From assembly GCA_038321825.1 (NCBI GenBank), contig JBBQFK010000001.1:1197-65196 (forward strand): a stretch of DNA of 64,000 bases, in the 5' to 3' direction. The position numbers were made by a program, and so were the translations under genes. Shown piece after piece: positions 18,509 through 27,798 of this stretch. Positions within the stretch are counted from its first letter, which is position 1; the number at the start of each line of letters is the position of its first letter. This stretch comes from Cyanophyceae cyanobacterium. GTDB lineage: Bacteria > Cyanobacteriota > Cyanobacteriia > Cyanobacteriales > JAAUUE01. The notes under the pieces are model-generated. The model was given only the letters and a program-made list of their open reading frames with translations, was not told where the DNA came from and did not search any database.

Positions 18509-18753
18509 CGCTCCATCTCCATAGTTTTAATACTACCCAGCATAATACTAACAAATAACTCTGAAATCTCCTTAAGGTGACATTGCAATTATAAATCTAC
18601 GCCTACTGGAAATTGACGATCGAGAACTTGGGCGATCGCCTAAACCACCACCCAAGTAATTAAATCTATATAAATACTCCATCTCTCAGTAAGTAAACCC
18701 CCTCAATTATCCCTCATCCCAATCCTCTTCGTCATCACCTCTACAGAATTTAA

Positions 18754-19203
18754 TTACATCCCCGTGGAACCGAACCCGCCCTCACCTCGGATAGAGCTAC
18801 TCAAGTCTTCGGCAACTTCGGTAAACTCCATTCTTGCGATCGCCGCCGTCACCAGTTGAGCAATCTTTTGCCCCTTCTCGATTACGTAGGATTCAGAACC
18901 TAGATTAATCAGAATTACTTTGATTTCCCCACGATAACCAGCATCGATCGTGCCGGGAGTATTCAATACAGTGATGCCATGCTTAAGAGCTAAACCACTT
19001 TTGGGACGGACTTGGATTTCAAAACCGGGGGGAATTTCTACAGATATTCCAGTTGCTATGGCTTTTCTTTGCAAAGGCTCCAAGGTGCAGGTTTCTAAGG
19101 AATAAATATCTGCCCCAGCATCCCCGACATGGGCATAGTTGGGGATTATTGCTTCGGGAGTTAAGCGTTTAATTTTTACAATAGGTGGTTTATTTATGGT
19201 CAC
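18754..19203 (-). CDS. dut: dUTP diphosphatase
   Basis: GDAGADIYS, KSGLALKHGI, GTIDAGYRGEI and C-terminal GGFGSTG. Confidence 0.93.
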   Translation of the reverse strand: MTINKPPIVKIKRLTPEAIIPNYAHVGDAGADIYSLETCTLEPLQRKAIATGISVEIPPGFEIQVRPKSGLALKHGITVLNTPGTIDAGYRGEIKVILINLGSESYVIEKGQKIAQLVTAAIARMEFTEVAEDLSSSIRGEGGFGSTGM

Positions 19204-19343
19204 TCTTTTCTTTGTCCGTTGGTTTTGCGATCGTCTTTTATTCTTTCACAACAACCAAGCGAAATTTGAAGGTAGCATAAAATTGTGTCAGGAAGACTAT
19301 AATTATCTGCATAGCTTGCGAGTCCCTTCCAAATTTAGGAGAG

Positions 19344-19955
19344 TTGATGAATGAGGTTTATACTACTCAGCAGTTGATTGAAGTCCTTCGGCGGGAGAGG
19401 TTGGCGTGTGTGAAGGGAGAGAGGTTGAATTTGGCAGTGGGGTATTCGGGGTATCAGGTGATCGATCGATTTGTTGATCCCCAAGCAATCCAAAAATTTA
19501 CCGCCTACCAAGATTTTAAGGCAACTATTCATCGTTATCAGCAGACTCATCAAGTATCGGGGATTTTGTGGCACAGTTTGACGATCGAGCATCATACCCT
19601 AGATTATCCAGCAGTTCATGAAGATTTAATTACCCTGCCCACTGACCTGCAAATTCTCCAGAGAGCCAAGTCTGGGGTGGTGGAATTTTGGCATCGGGCA
19701 ACGGCAGGGATGGATTTTTATCTGAGTGTTTGTCATGGCAAAGATTATCAGCAAATTAACCCCAATAGTTTGGTGGAGATGATTAACCACAGTCAGTGGG
19801 CAACGATCTGGAAGTGGGAAAATAGTCAATTTAAGGAAATCATTCTCCAGTTGGGACTATCCGCCATCGAGCTGGTCGATCGATCCCCCGAAAATCTGCA
19901 TTTAGCTACGGAAGATATCCACGCCGTCAACCCCGGCGGTAAGCCCATTGGGTAG
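19344..19955 (+). CDS. Hypothetical protein
   Basis: 203-aa ORF with no recognised motif. Start uncertain because of tandem Met codons. Confidence 0.45.
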   Translation: MMNEVYTTQQLIEVLRRERLACVKGERLNLAVGYSGYQVIDRFVDPQAIQKFTAYQDFKATIHRYQQTHQVSGILWHSLTIEHHTLDYPAVHEDLITLPTDLQILQRAKSGVVEFWHRATAGMDFYLSVCHGKDYQQINPNSLVEMINHSQWATIWKWENSQFKEIILQLGLSAIELVDRSPENLHLATEDIHAVNPGGKPIG

Positions 19956-20013
19956 TCCCAGAATTGCTAGAGTTTGGAACCGATTGAGGATGGCAATAGA
20001 ATTACCAAAGTTC

Positions 20014-20883
20014 CTAAAGCTTTCTGAGAGCTAGGGCTAAACCTTGGCAGACCCCTGTGAGAAAATCTAAATCTAGGGTATCAAGGCGATCGCTCTCCTT
20101 GTGGTAGTGGGGATTTCGCATAAAAGCCGTATCTGTCACCATCACTGCCGGATAACCCGCATCCCAAAAAGGTGCATGATCACTAAGGCGAGTGGCCGGA
20201 ACCAACTGCCCCCGATTGGGAATTGGCAACCACTCACAGGGAGTCCCACTGCGACGGATTTCACCCCCCATTTTCATGAGATCGAGGATCAAAGAAAAAT
20301 TACCAATCAGGGCAATAAAATCTCCAGTATTGGGATAAAAACGCTCTAATCCGGCGGGATAGGTTTGGGAGTTGGGGGTGCGATCGCAGTATCCCAGCAT
20401 TTCTAGGGACAACATGATCCGTACCTGTCGCTCTTGGGCTTTGAGGGTTTCCACATAGGCAGCACTACCCAATAGTCCATACTCTTCTAGATCAAAAGCA
20501 ATCAACTGCACCGGATACGCCAAGGGCTGGGCAGCAATAATTCTCGCTAGTTCTAGCAACACTGCCACCCCTGTCCCATTGTCATCGGCTGCGGGGGAGT
20601 TGGGTACACCGTCATAGTGAGCGCCGATAATAATCAAGGGCTGCGAGGGATCAATTTCGAGATTACTGTTAGCTGGAGTAGCGGCGGGTAAATTGAGGAT
20701 CAGGTTTTTATGAACTTTCCCAGAAACAATAAACTCATGAATCGTTATCTCACCCCATAGGGATAACTGCTGCCGGATGTAGGTTTGGACATAAAAATGC
20801 CCCACACTTGCTAGGTAAGGATGCCGCTCTCTAACAATTTCTTGGAGATGGTTGAGTAAATTATCCCGGAGATTTTCTGTCAT
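20014..20883 (-). CDS. M28-family metallopeptidase (aminopeptidase-like)
   Basis: IIGAHYDGVPNSPAADDNGTGVAVLLELAR and FDLEEYGLLGS metal-ligand motifs. Confidence 0.8.
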   Translation of the reverse strand: MTENLRDNLLNHLQEIVRERHPYLASVGHFYVQTYIRQQLSLWGEITIHEFIVSGKVHKNLILNLPAATPANSNLEIDPSQPLIIIGAHYDGVPNSPAADDNGTGVAVLLELARIIAAQPLAYPVQLIAFDLEEYGLLGSAAYVETLKAQERQVRIMLSLEMLGYCDRTPNSQTYPAGLERFYPNTGDFIALIGNFSLILDLMKMGGEIRRSGTPCEWLPIPNRGQLVPATRLSDHAPFWDAGYPAVMVTDTAFMRNPHYHKESDRLDTLDLDFLTGVCQGLALALRKL

Positions 20884-20968
20884 AAACTCTAGTGAGTGAC
20901 TTTATCTACTACCTACATTTTACCTGAACTTGAATGTTATTATAGGATATAAATCATTTTCTTGAGCC

Positions 20969-22627
20969 ATGACTAATCAACTTTTCTACGGTGATAATCT
21001 AGAGGTTTTACGCAGACATATTCGAGATGAAACTGTTGATCTCTGCTATATTGATCCGCCCTTCAATTCCAAGCGGAATTATAACCAAATTTATCTCAAC
21101 CAAGGGAAGGAAGATCAAGCTCAAGCTCAAGCCTTTATAGATACATGGACATGGGATGATTTGGCTAACCAAGGCTTAAGAGAAATTCAAGAAAACTATC
21201 AAGGACGTTTTACTACTCAAAGTATTGATCTGATTTCTGGTTTAACTAAAGTTCTTGGCAAAGGGTCTTTACTTGCTTATCTAATTAGCATGACTTTACG
21301 CATAGCTGAAATTCACCGAGTTCTCAAACCTACAGGTAGTTTCTATCTCCACTGCGATCCGACAGCTTCCCATTACTTAAAACTTGTCTTAGATGCAATT
21401 TTTTGTTCCCAAGGTGGAGATTTTAAAAGTGAGATTAGTTGGAAGCGTTCTAGCGCACACAATGATACTAAGCAAGGAAGTAAACAGTATGGAAATATTA
21501 GAGATATTATTTTCTTTTATACCAAATCAAATAAGTGGAATTGGAATTCTCAATATACTGAATATAGTAAGCAATATATTGATAAAAACTATCGTTATGT
21601 TGAAAAAGGAACTGGCAGACGTTATCGTCTAGATAACTTAACAGCAGCTAAGCCTGGTGGTGATGTTTCTTATGATTTTTATGGGACTAAACCATACAAA
21701 GGAAGATTTTGGGCTTATTCCCGTGAAAATATGGAAAAATTTAAAGATGAAGGACGTTTATATTTTCCTGCTAATGGAGGAACACCAAGTTATATTAGAT
21801 ATCTAGATGAAATGGCTGGAGTTTCTCTTCAAAATAACTGGGATGATATTATGCCATTGTCATCAGGAGCAAAAGAAAGACTAGGATATCCTACGCAAAA
21901 ACCAGAAGCTCTTTTGGAAAGAATTCTTGGAGTAAGTAGCAATGAAGGGGATGTAATTCTTGATGCTTATTGTGGTTGTGGAACGACGGTAGCAGTTGCT
22001 CAGAGATTAAATAGACAATGGATTGGAATTGATATTACTTACCAGAGTATTGGTTTGATTTTGAGGAGATTAGAAGAGGCTTTTGGTACAGAAATTGTAG
22101 ACAATGTTGTTTTGAATGGAATTCCTAGAGATATGGAATCGGCGAAGGCTTTGGCACTGAAGAAAGACGATCGCACTCGGAAAGAATTTGAAAAATGGGC
22201 AGTACTTACCTATTCTAATAACCGTGCGGTGATTAATCAAAAGAAAGGTGCTGATAAAGGCGTAGATGGGACTGCTTATTTTACAGGCGATCAAGATGAA
22301 CCAGAAAAAATCATCTTACAGGTTAAATCAGGAAAGGTAGAGTCTGGTGATATTCAAAAATTACAAGGTGCAATGACCCGTGAGGGTGCAGTATTAGGTA
22401 TTTTTATTACTCTCAATAAGCCCACAAAAAATATGAACCAAGAGGCAAAGGAAGCAGGAATTTATCAAAGTCGATTTATGAGTCAGCCTGTAGACAAAAT
22501 TCGGATTGTCACTATTCAAGAAATTTTAGAAGAACAAAAACGCCTTGATATTCGCCTGAGCTTAGAAGTCTTAAAATCTGCTGAAAGACAATCAACGTCT
22601 ACCCAGTTACCCATTAACTTAGAATAG
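20969..22627 (+). CDS. Beta-class N6-adenine/N4-cytosine DNA methyltransferase fused to a C-terminal Mrr-like PD-(D/E)xK domain
   Basis: Motif IV DLCYIDPPFNS is near the N-terminus. YPTQKPEALLERIL and AdoMet motif DVILDAYCGCGTTVAVAQ come later. C-terminal EFEKWAV...GADKGVDGTAYF...IILQVKSGK...GIFITL resembles the Mrr catalytic core (D...QxK). Confidence 0.8.
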   Translation: MTNQLFYGDNLEVLRRHIRDETVDLCYIDPPFNSKRNYNQIYLNQGKEDQAQAQAFIDTWTWDDLANQGLREIQENYQGRFTTQSIDLISGLTKVLGKGSLLAYLISMTLRIAEIHRVLKPTGSFYLHCDPTASHYLKLVLDAIFCSQGGDFKSEISWKRSSAHNDTKQGSKQYGNIRDIIFFYTKSNKWNWNSQYTEYSKQYIDKNYRYVEKGTGRRYRLDNLTAAKPGGDVSYDFYGTKPYKGRFWAYSRENMEKFKDEGRLYFPANGGTPSYIRYLDEMAGVSLQNNWDDIMPLSSGAKERLGYPTQKPEALLERILGVSSNEGDVILDAYCGCGTTVAVAQRLNRQWIGIDITYQSIGLILRRLEEAFGTEIVDNVVLNGIPRDMESAKALALKKDDRTRKEFEKWAVLTYSNNRAVINQKKGADKGVDGTAYFTGDQDEPEKIILQVKSGKVESGDIQKLQGAMTREGAVLGIFITLNKPTKNMNQEAKEAGIYQSRFMSQPVDKIRIVTIQEILEEQKRLDIRLSLEVLKSAERQSTSTQLPINLE

Positions 22628-22637
22628 GAAAAAGCCT

Positions 22638-23099
22638 ATGAATTATACAAATCAGTTGGTTTCTTTGTATGAACAGGATTTGAATCTTTGGTTGGAAACT
22701 ACAATTTCTGATCTTAAAGCTGGGGATTTTCAGCGTCTTGATATAGAAAACTTAGTAGAGGAATTGGCAAGTTTGGCTGGTAGAGATAGACGAGAACTGC
22801 GGATTCGGTTAGCAACTTTATTAGAACATTTACTAAAACGATGCTATGTCAACAGTGAATATGATTATGCCGAATGGGAAGAAACGATCGATCGAACTCG
22901 GTTTGAAATTGTAGGTATTCTCGATCAATCTCCCAGCCTCAAGAACTATGCTAATAGTCCAGAATTATTCTCTCAAGCCTTTAATTTTGCCTTGGGGCAG
23001 ATGAAAAAAAATCAAAATTATCAATCTATCGCATTTCCCGATCGATGGGAGTTTAATAGTGATATTGAATCTTTGTTAAATATTAATTTCTGGGAATAA
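22638..23099 (+). CDS. DUF29-family protein
   Basis: LYEQDLNLWLETTISDLKAGDFQRLDIENLVEELASLAGRDRRELRIRLATLLEHLLK is a typical DUF29 opening. Starts 11 bp after the methyltransferase stop. Confidence 0.8.
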   Translation: MNYTNQLVSLYEQDLNLWLETTISDLKAGDFQRLDIENLVEELASLAGRDRRELRIRLATLLEHLLKRCYVNSEYDYAEWEETIDRTRFEIVGILDQSPSLKNYANSPELFSQAFNFALGQMKKNQNYQSIAFPDRWEFNSDIESLLNINFWE

Positions 23100-23159
23100 T
23101 TTCTGGGAATAATTAGCTCTAGCTAAATCAGTAGATCGGGTGCAACTCTAAGGTGGTTT

Positions 23160-24701
23160 ATGAAAAATAGAATTTTATTTTGCGGGCTGTTTTTTAGCGT
23201 GTTTATCTTTAGTATTTTTTTTAGTAATTCTAGAGGCTTGGCGATCGATCATCTTGCTAATTCTTTTATTAATCCCGAAGCTCGATCGATCCCTACTTTG
23301 TTGGCAGGGGTTCTCCCTGAAGATGAAGACATCAATCAAGAAGCAGAAACTCAGATGGCAGATCAGATGATGGCTAACTATGAAAACTGGGACAATCGGG
23401 CTAGAGAACAGGTGGCAACCAATCTTCAAAGCGGCGACTGGGATCAGGCTCTGAACCAACTGGAGAATACTTGGGAGCAGGATCTGCAAACGTTTTATGG
23501 GGAAAATGCCCCAAGGCGGGAGGTCAATCTCCAACAATTGCAGCAAACTTTAGCTGGTCTAGATCAAGAAACGGGACAAAAAAGTGCGATCGTCTATCTA
23601 GCTTCCCGCCCCAGTAGCCTCGAAGTTCTCTTGGTAACTGCCGATGCACCCCCGGCTCGCCATAGTATTGTCGAAGCCAAACGAGATTTATTATTCAAAA
23701 CTGCGGGACAATTGATCCTCCGCATTGATAACAAAGAACGGACAACGGGGAGGTCTTATCTAACTCCGGCAAGGCAACTCTATCGCTGGATTATAAATCC
23801 CTTAATTCCCCAACTCGATCGACAGGAGATTAATAACCTGATTTTTGTCACTGACTATGGGTTGCGATCGATCCCCATGGCAGTCCTTCACGATGGTCAG
23901 CAATTCCTGATCGAAAAATACAGCATTGCCAACAGCCCCAGCTTTAGCATGATCAATACTCGCTTCAAAAGCCTGCAAGAATCGCCAATCTTAGCCATGG
24001 GGGCCTCCACTTTTATTAATCAAGAGCCATTACCTGCGGTTCCGGTGGAGTTAAGAATGATTACCCAAGACCGGGGCAGGGGAGAGTCTTTTTTGAACCA
24101 ACCCTTTACCGTTAATAATCTGATCAGCCAACGTCAACGCCAGCCCTTTGAAATTGTGCATCTGGCAACCCACGCTGGTTTTAATGATGGCAGTCCCGAT
24201 CGCTCCTATATTCAATTTTTTGATAGTCAACTCCTCCTTAATGACCTAGGGAAATTAGGCTTAAATAATCCTCCCGTTAGTTTGCTGGTAATTAGTGCTT
24301 GTCAAAGTGCGATCGGGAATCGGAATGCCGAACTGGGCTTTGGGGGTTTGGCTCTCAAAAGTGGTGTAGATACGGTGGTGGCAAGTCTTTGGTATGTTAG
24401 TGATGAAGGAACTCTTGCCCTCATGAGTGAATTTTATCGCTATCTCCGTACTGCCCCCATCAAAGCCCAAGCTCTCCGACAGGCACAGATCGCAATGTTG
24501 CAGGGAAATATCCGCATTGAAAATGGGCAGCTAATTACTCAAACTAATTTAGTCAACGATATCGCCAATAATCCAATTAATAATCCAGCGAATAATCAAA
24601 CTAGTATTACCCTGCCCCCAGAGTTGAGGAACTTGAATATCCAGAATCTTACCCATCCCTACTACTGGTCATCTTTTGTGATGCTGGGTAGCCCTTGGTA
24701 A
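23160..24701 (+). CDS. Signal-anchored CHAT-domain (caspase-fold) protease
   Basis: N-terminal hydrophobic MKNRILFCGLFFSVFIFSIFF. Catalytic dyad context IVHLATHAGF and LLVISACQSA. Confidence 0.8.
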   Translation: MKNRILFCGLFFSVFIFSIFFSNSRGLAIDHLANSFINPEARSIPTLLAGVLPEDEDINQEAETQMADQMMANYENWDNRAREQVATNLQSGDWDQALNQLENTWEQDLQTFYGENAPRREVNLQQLQQTLAGLDQETGQKSAIVYLASRPSSLEVLLVTADAPPARHSIVEAKRDLLFKTAGQLILRIDNKERTTGRSYLTPARQLYRWIINPLIPQLDRQEINNLIFVTDYGLRSIPMAVLHDGQQFLIEKYSIANSPSFSMINTRFKSLQESPILAMGASTFINQEPLPAVPVELRMITQDRGRGESFLNQPFTVNNLISQRQRQPFEIVHLATHAGFNDGSPDRSYIQFFDSQLLLNDLGKLGLNNPPVSLLVISACQSAIGNRNAELGFGGLALKSGVDTVVASLWYVSDEGTLALMSEFYRYLRTAPIKAQALRQAQIAMLQGNIRIENGQLITQTNLVNDIANNPINNPANNQTSITLPPELRNLNIQNLTHPYYWSSFVMLGSPW

Positions 24702-24741
24702 AATTAGGATTAAATTAGGATCAAAACTATTCATTAAAACT

Positions 24742-25071
24742 ATGACTGAACCGATCGCCGCCATTACCCTGCCCCCAGCTACCAATCCCCAAGAAGAAGG
24801 ACTGTGGCTAGAAACTTCTCTGCGATCGTGGTTAGATGCAGAATTTTTGCCAGAATTGAGTAATCAATCCATTGCCCAGCGTGCAGCTCAGGTATTTGTG
24901 CGGCATCGGATGGAGGGGGAAAATGATCTGGGTTCCTTGGTGATTGCGATCGTGACAGAGATGCAGGAATTTGATTTCTCGAAAAGTTTCTATAGCGAGT
25001 TTGCCGTAGCCAATGCTGTGAGTGATTTATTGCTAGATAGTCTGGGGATCGATCGATGTTGTGGACAATGA
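24742..25071 (+). CDS. Hypothetical protein
   Basis: 109-aa ORF, 40 bp downstream of the CHAT gene. No motif recognised. Confidence 0.4.
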   Translation: MTEPIAAITLPPATNPQEEGLWLETSLRSWLDAEFLPELSNQSIAQRAAQVFVRHRMEGENDLGSLVIAIVTEMQEFDFSKSFYSEFAVANAVSDLLLDSLGIDRCCGQ

Positions 25072-25114
25072 AATTAGTTGTTTGTGAGTAATTTAATATT
25101 AGTTATTTATTTGA

Positions 25115-26557
25115 TTATCCAATTAGAATCTCGTGATGAATCGGGATTTTAATAATAAACTGAGTTCCCTTATTAAGTTGGGATAAGCACTCTAATCTGC
25201 CGTTGTGCTGGTCATTAATAATTTGGTAACTAATTGATAATCCCATGCCTGTACCTTTGCCAATCGCCTTCGTTGTAAAAAAAGGATTGAAAATATATTG
25301 CTTAATGTCTTCAGTCATCCCCATACCATTATCTGCGATCAAAATTTGTACCCAGTCATCAGCAATTTGACTAGTTCTAATTATAATTTCTTTAGGTGTA
25401 ATTTCTTTGGGTTGCAGTAAAGTATTAATATCGAGAGATTCTAAGTTGATATTGTTGGTGTTATTAACATTTATTGTGGAAATACAACTAGATTCGATCG
25501 CATCGATCGCATTCACCAAGATATTCATAAATACCTGATTTAGTTGCCCCGGTGAACACTCTACTAGAGGCAGAGTTCCATACTCTTTAATTACTTTGAT
25601 ACCCACATCATTAGCTTGGGGATGGAGGCGATGTTGTAAAATCATCAGGGTACTTTCTAAGCCTTCATGGATATCTACTATCTTAAATTCCGATTGATCC
25701 ATGCGAGAAAAATTGCGTAGAGATAAGACAATATCCCGGATACGACTAGTCCCAGTTTTCATCGATCTCATCATTTTTGGTAAATCTTCTAGGAGAAATA
25801 ATAAATCAATTTCTTTCTCTAGGGTTTTGATTTCTACATCATCACTAAAATGTCTAATTTTATAAAGATTAAGCATTCTTAGGAGGTCTCCTATATACTG
25901 CTCTAAATATAATAAGTTGCCATGAACAAAACTGATGGGATTATTAATTTCATGGGCAACTCCCGCCACTAACTGTCCTAAACTAGACATTTTTTCATTT
26001 TGAATCATTTGCGATTGTGCCTTTTGTAATTCTTCTAAGGTTTCGGCTAATTTTTTGGATTGTAATTGTGCTTTAGCTGTTGCTGTCTTTAGTTCTTGGA
26101 GATTATTGTAGGCTTTGGAATGGTAGCGAGTCCGGGCAACAAATTCTAACTTATCTGGCAGTTTGACTAAATAATCATTAGCACCTAAATCAAATGCTTC
26201 TGCCTTGAGTTTAGGGTCTTCTTTACTAGACAACATGACTAGAGGAATTTCACAGGTTTCGGTATTTGCCCGTAAGAATTTTGCTAAGATTAAGCCATCA
26301 ATTTCTGGCATAACTAGATCAAGAAAAATAACCGTTGGCTGTACTTCTTGGATCATAGAAAGGGCAATGGCGGGATCAGCACAATAATGGAAACTAATAT
26401 CTGATTCTGTTGCCAAAATCCGGCGGACAGCTTCCCCAATAATTGGCTGGTCATCAACTAATAAAACCCGAATCGAACAACTAGAGGTTGGGATTAACTC
26501 TAGGCTTTTCGGGCTATTTTGAGATGTAATTATCGGCTCAGGTATAGGTTCAGGCAT
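25115..26557 (-). CDS. Hybrid response regulator-histidine kinase (REC-HisKA-HATPase), terminal gene of the chemosensory operon
   Basis: REC (RVLLVDDQ...FLDLVMPEIDG), H-box VAGVAHEINNPISF, N-box NILVNAIDAIE, G-boxes IADNGMGM and GKGTGMGLSIS. Confidence 0.85.
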   Translation of the reverse strand: MPEPIPEPIITSQNSPKSLELIPTSSCSIRVLLVDDQPIIGEAVRRILATESDISFHYCADPAIALSMIQEVQPTVIFLDLVMPEIDGLILAKFLRANTETCEIPLVMLSSKEDPKLKAEAFDLGANDYLVKLPDKLEFVARTRYHSKAYNNLQELKTATAKAQLQSKKLAETLEELQKAQSQMIQNEKMSSLGQLVAGVAHEINNPISFVHGNLLYLEQYIGDLLRMLNLYKIRHFSDDVEIKTLEKEIDLLFLLEDLPKMMRSMKTGTSRIRDIVLSLRNFSRMDQSEFKIVDIHEGLESTLMILQHRLHPQANDVGIKVIKEYGTLPLVECSPGQLNQVFMNILVNAIDAIESSCISTINVNNTNNINLESLDINTLLQPKEITPKEIIIRTSQIADDWVQILIADNGMGMTEDIKQYIFNPFFTTKAIGKGTGMGLSISYQIINDQHNGRLECLSQLNKGTQFIIKIPIHHEILIG

Positions 26558-26661
26558 AGGCTAATTACCAGAGAGTGGTAGTCAGGGTTGATCAAAAAGT
26601 TTGGCTTATTTTGGGGCTGTTTTTGTGATTAGTGACTAGCTAGATATTAACTAGATATTAA

Positions 26662-27729
26662 CTAGATGAGGGTTTCAGTTTTCCGGAGTGCCATGACACA
26701 GGCAGAGGCGATCGAGGGCAGGGGTAAAATCTGCATAGCCGCCCCAATTTCCGCCGCCACCTTGGGCATCCCATACACCACAGAAGTTGCTTGATCTTGA
26801 GCGATCGTCTGCCAACCCGCCAACCGCAGAGCCAAAAGCCCCTTTGCTCCATCTCGACCCATGCCCGTTAGTAATACAGCGATCCCTTTCTTCGACCAGT
26901 TTTTTAACAAGCTATCAAATAAAACATCTACCGAGGGACGATAGACATAATCTTCAGGATCGGCAGTGTAATGAAAAACCAAGTCTTTGCCCAGAATGAG
27001 ATGATCATTAGTTCCTGCTAATAATACTTTACCCATTTCTGGATAACTCCCTGCTGTAGCAATCCTTACGGGTAGAGGAGATTGTTGATCTAGCCAAGTT
27101 GCTAAATTGGGGGCAAATTGGGCATCCATGTGCTGGACAATGACGATCGCTGCCCGCAGATCTGGGGGAAAGCATTCCAGCAGAGTCACGAGGGCTTGGG
27201 GACCACCTGCGGAGGCTCCGATCGCAATCAGAGGCGGTTGGGGTTGGGAGTTAGGAGGAAAGAGAACTGGAGGAAATGAGGGGGGATGGTGGCGATCGGA
27301 TTTACCAATGAGTTTGGCGATCGTGGCGATTTTTGCTAGTAATTTTGCTCCTCCGTTAGAGTTTTTCTGAGATGTTCCTGATTTTCCAGTAGATTTTTCG
27401 CTTAATCCCAGAATGGGGGTATTCACAGCATCCAAAGCTCCGTAACCCATCGCTGTAAAAACCTTCCCTGCGTTACCATCAACACTAACAGTCACCATCA
27501 GAATTGCACAGGGAGAATGATTCATAATTTCCTTCGTAGCTTCTACCCCGTCCATGATGGGCATGATCAAATCCATCAAAATTAAATCTGGGGTGTCTAC
27601 GGCGCATTTAGTAACGGCTTCCATGCCATTGGTAGCGACCCAAGCTAGCTCATAACTAGGGACAGTGCTTAGTACCCGGCGCATAGCTTCTACGGCGATG
27701 GGGAGGTCGTTGGCGATCGCAATTCTCAC
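26662..27729 (-). CDS. cheB: Protein-glutamate methylesterase CheB (REC + methylesterase)
   Basis: [17 protein letters not shown]. Esterase motifs [16 protein letters not shown] and TGMGRDGA. Confidence 0.85.
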   Translation of the reverse strand: MRIAIANDLPIAVEAMRRVLSTVPSYELAWVATNGMEAVTKCAVDTPDLILMDLIMPIMDGVEATKEIMNHSPCAILMVTVSVDGNAGKVFTAMGYGALDAVNTPILGLSEKSTGKSGTSQKNSNGGAKLLAKIATIAKLIGKSDRHHPPSFPPVLFPPNSQPQPPLIAIGASAGGPQALVTLLECFPPDLRAAIVIVQHMDAQFAPNLATWLDQQSPLPVRIATAGSYPEMGKVLLAGTNDHLILGKDLVFHYTADPEDYVYRPSVDVLFDSLLKNWSKKGIAVLLTGMGRDGAKGLLALRLAGWQTIAQDQATSVVYGMPKVAAEIGAAMQILPLPSIASACVMALRKTETLI

Positions 27730-27798
27730 AGGTTCAGGTTCTCCAAGTAAATATTTTTGTAAATTTCTATAAATCTCTGTAAATTAAGGCTCTACAAA

